Position numbers and translations under genes: made by a program. Below, in pieces: positions 12,091 through 22,679 of a stretch of DNA of 64,000 bases (positions within the stretch are counted from its first letter, which is position 1; each line of letters opens with the position of its first letter). The DNA comes from Macrostomum lignano (taxonomy: Eukaryota): the NCBI GenBank assembly GCA_002269645.1, contig NIVC01003379.1, forward strand, positions 36,865 through 100,864, written 5' to 3'. The notes under the pieces were generated by a model that was not told the DNA's origin, did not search any database, and saw only the letters and a program-made list of their open reading frames with translations.

Positions 12091-14717
12091 AACTCGATGA
12101 TGAAAACTTCTTCCTGACCACGTTCCACACCCCGTTCGGCCGATATCGCTGGAAACGAGTTCCATACGGTCTCTCATCCATTCCCTAGGTCTTCCAGAAG
12201 AGAATGGAAGAAAACGTCACAAACAACGTGAGAAACTCTAAGAACTTCTTTGACGACATCATCGTGTGGGGAAGAACAGTCGAGGAGCACGACCAAGCTG
12301 TGCGAGAGCTCCTGGAGCAGTGCAAGCGTGCCAAGGTGACACTGAACCCACAGAAGATGCGAGTCGGTGTCCAAGAGCTCAACTACCTAGGCGATGTGCT
12401 CAGCTCGGAAGGGTTGCGAGCAGATCCAATGAAGGTCAAAGCCATCAAAGAAATGATCCGGCCGAATGATGTTGAAGCTCTCACTTCGAAGAAGGAGCAG
12501 CTAAGGCGATTTCTCGGCTGTGTGACGTACCTGGCCAAGTTTGTCCTCATCTTTCCGCTACTGCAGAGCCGCTTAGACACCTGCTCAAGAAAGACGTCAT
12601 TTCGAGCTGGACGCATCAGCACGACGAGGCGTACGACTCGATCATCACGGAGCTGTGTTCTAACAGGGTTTTGGCCACATTTGACGTCAGCAAGCCAGTC
12701 ACCGTGTCTGTGGATGCCAGCAAGAGCGGCATCGGTGCTGTGCTACTCCAAGAGGACCGTCCGGTTGAGTTCGCTTCATCAGCCATGACTAAAGCTCAGC
12801 AGGCATACGCGCAGATTGAGAAGGAGCTCCTGGCTATTGTGTACGGCTGCAAGAAATTTCACCGCTACCTCTGGGGCCGCACTGTTAATGTCCAGAGTGA
12901 CCAAAAGCAACTGGAGTCCATCTTAAAGAAGCAGCTCTGTGACACCACGCCGCGCATCCAGCGCTTGCTGCTGCAGCTGCAGCCCTACGACATTCGTGTG
13001 AAGTACACACCAGGAAAGGAGCTGTACGTCGCAGACACGCTAAGCCGAGCTCACGGAAAGACGGACAGCCTGACGCTTCTGCTGGAGAAAGCTTTGGACG
13101 GACAAGTGCTAGCTGTGGAGCGGTGCTTCAGTGGAGACCGCGAGATTCTGACAATGATCAATAAGGCCACGGCTGCAGACCAGACGAGCCAGCGTCTGCA
13201 GGAGGTCATTCAAGCCGGATGGCCCGAGCATCGAAACCGACTACCTGACGATTTGAAAGTATTTTGGGATCTTCGCTATGATCTGACTTTCGTCTCAGGA
13301 CTCCTGTGCCTGAAGGACCGCATCTACGTGCCAGCCGGCAGCGCCAGAAGCTCGATCCTAAGAATTTTGCACGCTGGACACCCTGGAATCGTCAAGATGG
13401 ACCTGAAAGCCAAAGATTATTTTTACTGGCCAGGAATGCGCACCTGCATCGAGCGAACTGTCAGCCAGTGCGAGGCCTGCCAGCGTAACATGAAGGCCCA
13501 GTCAAAGGAGATATGTGCAGACTGCCAAGAATATGATGAAGAAGTGCCAGGGGACTGGATAGAGCCTGGCACTGGCCCTTTTGCACTATCGCAACACGCC
13601 GGTCGGCAGCGGCTTCCCCAGCCCGGCGGAAATGGCGTTTGGCCGGAAACTGCGGTGCGACCTGCCGACAACGGTGCAAGATCTGCGGCCTCGGGAGACC
13701 TACGTGCATGCCAGCATCGAAGCATTCCAGAAGGAGCGGACCCGGGCAGCTCAGCTCTACAACCGCGGTGCGCACGCACTTCGACGCTTGGAGGTCGGCG
13801 AGCCGGTCTGGCTTCAGTGCGATCGTCGGAACTGGGTGGCTGCCGAGGTCGACAGCGAGGTGGACGGCAGCCCGCGGTCGTACTGGCTTCGCACGGAGTC
13901 GGGCCAGCTGCTCAGGCGCAACCGGCGGTTCATCATGCCACGTGAGATCGGCGTGCCATTCCATGAAAGCTACCCAGTGGCAGTGGCTGATGAGGATGTC
14001 AATCTGTCGGAGGCGGACGACCAGCAGGCACCCGTGCAACCGGCCGTGCAACCCACGACAGAGCAGCCTGCAGAGCCAGTGCAGCCAGCTGAGCAGCCGG
14101 CATCTGTGCAACCGTGCTCAAGCTCGGACGACTCTGGGTTCCGGACCAAGCGAGGTCGGCTTGTCCATCAGCCGCAAAGGTACCAGGCCTCGTGGTAAAC
14201 TTTTGAGTGAAAACTGACTGTTGACTGAATCTAAAGGAACTGAGCTCTTTTTAAATTTCTATAATTTTGGTGAAAGGAGGTATGGCAGAAGTTGATGTGT
14301 TGCCTTTGGTGCTCAAGCGTGCGATTTAAAAAGCGGTCTAAAATGATATTTTTCAACATTATTATTGTATTGTTCCATATGATCGTAAAATATTTCAATG
14401 TTTTTATTTTTCCCCATTCAACTGTTTTCGTGCGACTCTATTCGTGCTACTATATTCGTTCTACTATTTTCGTGCCATTATATTCGTACTTTTCAATGTA
14501 AGGAGGTGTTGTGTAATGATCGATGCTGGCTAGCCGACGTGCAGTCTTTCTCTTTCTCTCTCAGTGCACCTGCCCCCAGTCCCCCATTGACGCGTACAAT
14601 GTAAATTGCTCACTGCACTTGACTAAACAATAATATATATATCGGCTCTCTGCCCATCGCTGGCTTTAAGCGTTTCGTAGCTCGCACACACTCGCCTCAA
14701 CTCGCTCTAACATAACA
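12090..14717 (+). mobile_element. Gypsy/Ty3 LTR retrotransposon, 5'-truncated, defective pol (RT-RNaseH-integrase remnants) with 3' LTR
   Basis: RT: LTTFHTPFGRYRWKRVPYGLSS, FFDDIIVWG, YLGDVLS. RNase H: VSVDASKSGIGAVLLQ, YAQIEKELLAIVYG. Integrase HHCC (HAGHPG...CEACQ) and C-terminal HYRNTP...SPAEMAFGRKLR. Contains stops and frameshifts. Confidence 0.9.
14507..14717 (+). repeat. 3' LTR of the Gypsy element
   Basis: Preceded by the polypurine tract aaggagg. Termini tgttgtg...cataaca form a TG...CA imperfect inverted repeat. Confidence 0.65.
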
Positions 14718-15829
14718 AAATCTAGAGCTAAAAATGAGCAACAGCTAGTCTAATAGCTAGCTAAACAGCTTTTAGTTTGCTTTAAAATTAGATAGGGCCT
14801 ATTAGCTACCCATGAAGAATATAATATAAAAGCAGATTTGTTAGCTTTTTAATAATATTTTGAGTTTAAAATGTACCTAGCCTGCTCTGGCTGAACTAGC
14901 AATTTTTAAAATAGGTTTACATGAAAATGGCAAAATGAAGGAGATTATTTTCCTGGAGGGACGTTAGAAAAAAGTTTTTAGGATTACTTTTACCCTATAA
15001 TAATTTATTGTACTTTATGGTACTATAATAAGTTACTTAAAAAAATAACGACCAGTGCTTCCAGCATCAACAGCCTGGGCGACTCGTAAAGACACTGCAA
15101 ATTACAATGTTAATTGTCTGTTAACTTAACATGCTTAACATCTAACATGTAACGAAGAAAAATGAAATTGTGATTTGAATTTTTTATAAATATAACAACT
15201 GTGTCAATCTCTTTTGCAATTAACAGAACAAAACCTAACACTAATGATATTTTTCTTGTTTTTACTGCACAAGTATTAACAATATATGTTTTTTAGTAAT
15301 GAATATTTTTTGTGAATTTCGTCAGTAATTAGTCCGTCTGCAATTGGTTGCTCTCCGACGTCTGGAATTCGTCGGATATTGATAAACTTTTTAAAACTGG
15401 TTTTCTACCGGATAAAAATCGAAAAGCCAAAAAAAATTATATTTCAAGTAGCTGTTGAAAGACCATTCTTCAGAATCCATGAGAAAAAATGGACTGCAAC
15501 AAACTTTTTAGTTACGTCGGATAACGACGTCGCACCGACTTAAAGCCGACTTAAAGCCGAACTTTTCACCCGGAATTTTTTCCGGAATTTTGTGATCCGG
15601 GCCCTTTTAATTGATTTCCTGGTGAACGCCCGGATCAGCTTTTTTGGCCCGGAACAGCCCCTTTTTCCGGAAAAGATCCCGAAATATGATCCGGTAAAAT
15701 TTCGGGAAAAAGAAAGCTGTTCCGGTTGGATTTTCCGGAATTTTTCACCCGGAACACTATGGAATTCTGGGTGTACACCCGAATTTCAGTAGTGTTCCTG
15801 GTGAAATGGTTCCGGGTGAGATTTCGGGA

Positions 15830-16085
15830 CTTAAGTCGGAATTCCCCAGTGATCTGGACCCAATGATCCGGAAAATTCACCCGTATCAGCTCCCTTGACC
15901 CGAATTTCAGCCAAATTCCGGGCGAAGCTGATCCGGGAAAATTTCGGGACTTGAGTCGGAATTCCCCAGTGATCCGGACCAAATGATCCGGAAAATTCAC
16001 CCGGATCAGCTCCCTTGACCCAAATTTCAGCCAAATTCCGGGCGAAGCTGATCCGGGAAAATTTCGGGACTTGAGTCGGAATCAA
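15830..16085. repeat. 120-bp tandem repeat, ~2 copies, within a ccgg-rich tract
   Basis: gatccgggaaaatttcgggacttgagtcggaa at 15930 and 16050. Confidence 0.9.
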
Positions 16086-17884
16086 TCCGGCATCCATTAT
16101 ACAAGTACCATGGGGATTTTAAGAGGAAGCCTCCGATGGAAAACCGCTGAATACAGACCCCAGCAAATGGCTATCCCATCAGGCAATCCCTGGCATCCAT
16201 TTGGTCAACGGCGCTAATTCCTCTTGGAAAGCGAGGGGTAATAAAGCCTCGAAATTGCAATGTGAATTGATCTGCTTTACGGCGGCACTGTAGCGTCCGT
16301 AATGTGAGGCTGTGCCCATCCTCCGTACAGGTGACAATTGAAAAATTGTTGCGCCCTGATTGTGTGCGAGAGGTTTGACTTCCACTGGCATGTAGTCTAT
16401 CACAGCTGCTTAGTGTGTCAACGGGCTGAATGATTCTATCGTCATATTTGACGCTTAGAAGCATAAAATCAACCAACCATATTGTTTGGCACAGCTGGGT
16501 GTCTAGACGGAGACTGTGGCATGGTTCCAAATAGCTCTAACTGGCCCAGTATGCAAAGCAGCTTTCCTATTTTGATAGACGCTAATCCGATTTTTGTCGG
16601 TGCATGCTCCATTGGTTTGTCTAAGGCGTTTGCAGTTGCACCAGCCGTGAGCAGATCACGTTGTCACGGCTGCTAACAAGAGTACCGGATCCCGGTATTC
16701 CGCCACTCTCTGGAAGGGGCCTTTGGATAGAAAGGCCCAAGCGATTGAAGCGACTGCTTTGGCGCGTGTGCCGTCGCAGCAACCGCAGCCGTCACGATGC
16801 CCGTCATGCACTACAATGATGGATCAGATCAGATTCGGGCTTAAGGCGAAGCCAAGGACGAACTGTGTAAGTTTTTTATGCATATACTAGAAGACGTTAG
16901 CAGCCTCGTATATATATGAGTGTTGTCGATTCTTAAGTTTGAATCTGCTTTGCCACTCTCCTCATTTTTATGTACTTAATAGGCGGAGTTCGTGAAAAGC
17001 TGTCGGAGGCTCAAGCCGAAAATCGTCAGCTGAAAGCTGAAGTTCTTCGATTGGAAGCTATCTCCGCTACGAGCTCGTCGGAATCCGACACGACCGTGGC
17101 GAGAAGCCAGGCAGTGCTCTTTCAATCTCGGTCAGCTGCAGAGCGGCAAAAGAAGGCGGACCAGGTGAAGGCGCGACGAATCGAAACATATATTTCCAGA
17201 CGGCGAGCTACTCGAGGAGTGAAATGCGGGCGATGTCCAAGATCGAGTGCATAACACCACCACCGCATTTATTTGCAATTAATTTCTAGGTTTTTGTTAA
17301 GGCCAAATTCGCTGGATTTGATTTCATTAGAAACGCTCTTCGAGAAATTGGCTGTGTACATTTATGAGCCCTGATAGGTCCTGGAAAATGAGACAAAAGT
17401 CGTTCCTTAATTTTTGCGGAGATCTTTACAATTCTTAAGCAAGTGAATAGACAAGTCAGCTGACTTGAGTTAACTAGCTAATTAGCTGTATAGCGAGTGA
17501 CCCACCTGACAGATGCAATCAGAGGTAGGCGATGGGGATCCCTGAAGAGTAGCCAATGTCGCGATAAGGTAAATAAAACCGTATACGGCTTCAAAAAAAG
17601 TTAATGGTAGCATCGAAGTCCAGCTGCCCATCCGAGTGACATTCAGAAGGTCAGCATTTTTTGTTTCTGAAAGTACGTAGAAGTGCATAGAAATATACGA
17701 TTTACAGTTGTGTACAACTGAATTCAGTATTTCTGTTCGTGGACGGCTAAATCGAATTTGATTCAATTCGCAGTCGTGGAAAATGTATGGAACAATGACC
17801 CGTTCTTTATTTAATTTTCTGCTACTGTGATAAGCCCAAGATTTGGCTGCAAATCCGGTTCAATCATCCAGAATTCACCTGGAT

Positions 17885-18500
17885 TCGTGTGCTAATCCGG
17901 TTCACTCGCCTGGAATTGTGTGCTGATCCGGTTCACTCGCCCGGAATTGTGTGCTGATCCGGTTCACTCGCCCGAAATTGTGTGCTGATCCGGTTCACTT
18001 GCCCGGAATTGGGTGCTGATCCGGTTCACTCGCCCGGAATTGTGTGCTGATCCGGTTCACTCGCCCGAAATTGTGTGCTGATCCGGTTCACTCGCCCGAA
18101 ATTAGCCCGGATTTGTGTGCTGATCCGGTTCACTCGCCCGGAATTGTGTGCTGATCCGGTTCACTCGTCCGAAATTAGCCCGGATTTGTGTGCTGATCCG
18201 ATTTCACTCGCCCGGAATTAGCCCGGATTCGGCTGCAGATCCGGTTCACTCGCCCGGAATTGTGTGCTGATCCGGTTCACTCGTCCGAAATTAGCCCGGA
18301 TTTGTGTGCTGATCCGATTTCACTCGCCCGGAATTAGCCCGGATTCGGCTGCAGATCCGGTTCACTCGCCCGGAATTGTGTGCTGATCCGGTTCACTCGT
18401 CCGAAATTAGCCCGGATTTGTGTGCTGATCCGATTTCACTCGCCCGGAATTAGCCCGGATTCGGCTGCAGATCCGGTTCACTCGCCCGGAATTCGCCCGG
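17885..18500. repeat. 31-bp minisatellite with higher-order variants
   Basis: Unit ccggaattgtgtgctgatccggttcactcgc, with later composite units containing aaattagcccggatt. Confidence 0.95.
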
Positions 18501-20699
18501 AACTGTCACCGGAATTTTTTTATTGATCCGGGTCACTTTTCCGGAATTTTTCTTTTTGATCCGGAAAATTCGCCTGGATTCTGTAAAATTTCGTTACAGA
18601 TCCGGAATTTCCACCCGGATCGGATTGCACTACTTGATTGCACTTAAAAGAGGGAACAGGCGGGGGAACAAAGGCGGGGACAGCCGGGGGAACAACCAAG
18701 GGAACAATAGTTGAAAACAATGACGTCAGTCCGTCACTTGGGGTCCGGTCGTCCTGTCGTCGCCCGCGGGAGATCTGCCGCCGTCCACCCCAGTAGTCCA
18801 GTGGTAGATCGGCCTACCACACCCGCCTGCCACAAATGTTCCCGGTTTACAGGGACTTCCCAACACTTTAAATTAAATTTAAAGCAATTGAATTACATAG
18901 CATTGCCAAAGGTTATGTTGTGAAAAGGTATATTTTATTAATTGCAAAATTTTGTAAAGGTTTCGACAAAATTGAAATGCATTTTATAAAAGTAAAAGTA
19001 GAGTCCAAAAGTTTGAAGTTTACAAAGTCTATGAATCAAATAAATTTGATTAGGAAGCCTCATTTAGGTCTCATTAGGCGCTGTTTTGCAACAAAGCTGT
19101 TACAATATTATAATAGAGTTAACACAGTTAGCTTGTCATTGGCATATAATTCACATTGTCAAGCTTCTTGCAATATAGCTGCATAGTACTAGCGGGTCCT
19201 AGTCATTTCGTCAACTGGCGTTTCGTCAACTGGCCATTTCGTCAACTCGGTTTTATCACTGGTCGTTTCGTCAACTAGCCAATGAAGCGATCTCAAACCT
19301 CGGTCACTTCGTCAACTGGCCAACAGGAAGTGTTCCAACATTGGTCACTTCGTCAACTGCCAATAAACTACCCCCCGCAGCCGCAAAAAAGTAAAACTGA
19401 ACCTTGAAATGACTACCCAACTGGAAAAGTTACGCAAAATTTACGTTAAAATTACGTTAAATATCAACAAAACTTTGGTAGAATATACGTAGATATTTTA
19501 CGTAGATTTCACGTTGAAAGTGTCGCGTGAAAATGCTTTAAATCTACGTATCTGATTTTACGAATAATGTACGTATTATCTACGCAGGAGATTAACGTCC
19601 TAAAACAGCTTAATTAGCTCGTATAGTAATATAATCGTCAGGTTCTAATTAGATTTTAAGCCACAAACCATTGGTGCATATTTTTCTCACCACTTAACTT
19701 CTTCGGGCAAGCAATTTACAGTTTAATTTTTCTTAAATAGTAATTAAGTAATGGAACACAGAACGCGAAGATTAAAATATACTCTTAATTATATGTTTCT
19801 TCACTACATTTGACTGAATTAACGGTATTTTTTACCGTTCTGTTTCAAGTCGCACCCATAGTATGTTTTATTATTGGCATTATGAAATATATATATAACA
19901 CCCAAGTATACAAAACTATAGAACATGAAAAAGTAAAGACTGCAATGTTTGCACCTAATTTCAGCATGCAAAAAAGATTACTTAATTAAAAAATAGGAGC
20001 GAAAATAAATATTGAGAAAAGACACAAGAAAAAGTTAAAGGCTGAATTCAAATTTGCAAGATTCAAGGCAGGAAGAGAAACGGCACGCTTTTAGAGCAGG
20101 TGGCATCTGCAAGAATTAAGGTAGGAAGAGAAACGGAAGAGGCAAAAGTAACATTACGGGCTCGGCACGAGGATTCTATTTAGAAAATTGCCTTTCTACT
20201 CATATCTTGAATATATTTGTAACTGTTGTAGATTAGCTACCATTAGTAGTGGATTAGTCTAAAAAGCAAGTCAAATCTCAAAGGCAAAGGAGCAATCAAT
20301 TATTCCTAAAGTGCTCGTGAAAATTATTTTCCTAGATTGAAGATTTCTAGCATTGTAGTTTATTTCCCCCAAATAATTTTTTTAATGGGTAGAACTAATT
20401 TAGGAGTAGCTCTAGGTCTAGGTAATTGAGTTGGGTAGGGTAGGTAATAGGTGGAAAGTGACCTATCTTACGCTATTTTGTGATTTGGAGATGTTTTTTA
20501 TACTTTTAAGTAAATAAGTAACTACTAACTGCATGGATTGATTGTATACCACTGATTTCTTCACCATGTGTAGTTACTTCTGCAATATATAAGACTAAAA
20601 TGCAACTGACTGAAATAATTCCGTCGCGGATTGTGGATCTCTATAACTACTAGCTTTCAAGTTTCAACAAACAAATAAGAACTAGTGCAAGGGAGCCAG

Positions 20700-22532
20700 C
20701 TAGGTCGCCTTAAGGCGGGCAGGCGCCTGACGGAGCCAGTCGGCAATGGCTGTTTTAACTATATTTGATTCGCACTTGCCCGACTTGCTACCCTGGGCTA
20801 CCAGTCGCCTAACCAAGGAAATTGTGTTAGCAAAATCCTTGAAGACAGCCTTTCCACCTCTTTTGCCTTCGTAATTAAAAGACGCAGCCAATTGCGTAGT
20901 GATAAACTTTGGCATTAACATAAAAACGGCTTTGCGCTGAGAATCAGAAACCATGCAGCCGATATAGGAGGCCAGCATGGTTGATTGTTTAGGAATCCTT
21001 AAGTACTGTTCCAGCTGATCCAATTCGTCCTTTGTGCTTACTGGCAGCACAAAGGGCAAATTTAGCTTTGCAAGCTGGGGCATTTGACGACTAGCCGCCA
21101 GTTGTTTTAGCAGCTGGTTATTTTCCTTCGCTAAAGAAAATGTGGAGCAAACTAAACGCATTAAAGTCGTCTCGTCATCTCCCGTGTAACGAAAGTTTTC
21201 CTCTGCGCAAAATTGCGACAAAAAACTTGTACCCAATGGAGCAGCATTATCCGCCCGTCGCGATGGGCTTGGAGTCAAATGACTGTCCAGTGGGCCTGGT
21301 CCAATGGTGTCGTCATCATCACTGGTGTATTCAAGCGAGCAGCCAGCTGCCGATTGTACCGGTGTAGCAGGACTGAATGGATGAGGTTAAAGAGCATGAC
21401 AATTAAGCTTTCAAAAGCGAATATTTTAGTGGTTTGGATTATACATTGAAATCACCCAGGCCCGCACTTACACCGACCGACCAGAGAAATTCATGCTAGC
21501 GGCTGTTTCTTGTCGTTGAACCGAGCTGCAGGCGCTTGCAGACCGTCCAGCTGCTGAGTGATTTGAGCTAGCGACGCTAGCACTAGCAGCAGATGCTTGC
21601 TTCTGTCGTTGAACAGAGTTGTAGGCGCTTGCAGACCGTCCAGCTGCTGAGTGATTTGAGCTAGCGACGCTAGCACTAGCAGCAGATGCTTGCTTCTGTC
21701 GTTGAACCGAGTTGTAGGCGCTTGCAGACCGTCCAGCTGCTGAGTGATTTGAGCTAGCGACGCTAGCACTAGCAGCAGATGCTTGCTTCTGTCGTTGAAC
21801 CGAGTTGCAGGCGCTTGCAGACTGTCCAACTGCTGAGTGATTTGAGCTAGCGAAGCTAGCAGCAGATGCTTGCTTCTGTCGTTGAACCGAGTTGTAGGCG
21901 CTTGCAGACTGTCCAGCTGTTGATGGATTTGAGCTAGCGACGCTAGCAGCAGACGTCTCGTCATCTTGTCGATGCGAACTGGCACTGGCAGAACAACCAT
22001 GGAGCGAAAATAGCGAGCCAATATCACCAACGTCCTCTTGCTGCAGCATATCAGTTTCGGATTCAGTCTCCGAATCGGATTTAGACTTCGACGACTCGTC
22101 ATCACTTGATACATATTTATTCTTCTTACGCTTTTTCTGTGTTGGTTCCATATCGATAAGTCGATGAACTGGTTTTCTTTGCCTAGGTGCTTCTGAGTCA
22201 GTAGTCTCCAGACCAGGTGTATCCTCGCCCGCAGCAGCAGCAGCTTCTAGCTTCTTTAGCTTTTCGCGTGCTTTTCGTTCAGTTGATGCCATACCTAAGA
22301 CTCTAATAGAGCATGAACGCCATAGTGGCTCAAGTGTAGCTGTAGGCTTTTCCATTTTTGAACGTAAAGAGGCGACTCGACTAGTTGATTGCGAAGTGGG
22401 GTAGGCAACACTGTCCGAAGCTAATAGCCAAATCGATGGTACATAATCAACTGACTTGTCCTCCAGAAACTCGACTATTGTGAAAGCCTGGTTGCTCGAA
22501 TGCATCTGAAAGTGGTGTAATAAGAGTAACAA
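20700..22532 (-). CDS. Two-exon accessory protein with a C-terminal DUF4806-like domain
   Basis: ORF 21468-22532 (FTIVEFLEDKSVDYVPSIWL, NLS-like KKRKK, Ser/Ala repeat) ends at a gtaagt donor. ORF 20700-21278 has LPVSTKDELDQLEQYL...FNYEGKRGGKAVFK...IADWLRQAPARL. Confidence 0.75.
21510..21955 (-). repeat. In-frame 93/87-bp coding minisatellite, ~5 copies
   Basis: 31/29-aa unit QRQKQASAASASVASSNHSAAGRSASAYNSV. Confidence 0.95.
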
Positions 22533-22679
22533 TCTTTTTACTTGGGATTGGAATGATTATCGAAATCAGAGAAATCTTCAAGTATTTCAAGTATATTTCA
22601 GGAATTATATTTCAAATGAATTAATAATATATCTTGAAAAACATTTACCTAGTTAAGCTTGTAATCCTAGCTGTTCCAG

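Larger units (their letters stand above)
15567..18620. mobile_element. Foldback-like DNA element with ccgg-rich subterminal arrays and a decayed coding interior
   Basis: The left 120-bp repeat (15830-16085) and the right 31-bp array (17885-18500) share ccggatcagc and aattccgggcga in inverted orientation. The interior has a CPSC exon ending in gtaagt (~16868) followed by a coiled-coil exon (16970-17254). Exact termini were not resolved. Confidence 0.4.

Noticed and set aside
8339-18780. Pairing cccgtac (8339) with cgcggg|ag (~18778) as TIRs with an AG TSD
   Set aside because: Only 4 terminal bases match, unlike the clear 12-23-bp TIRs of the other CCC elements.
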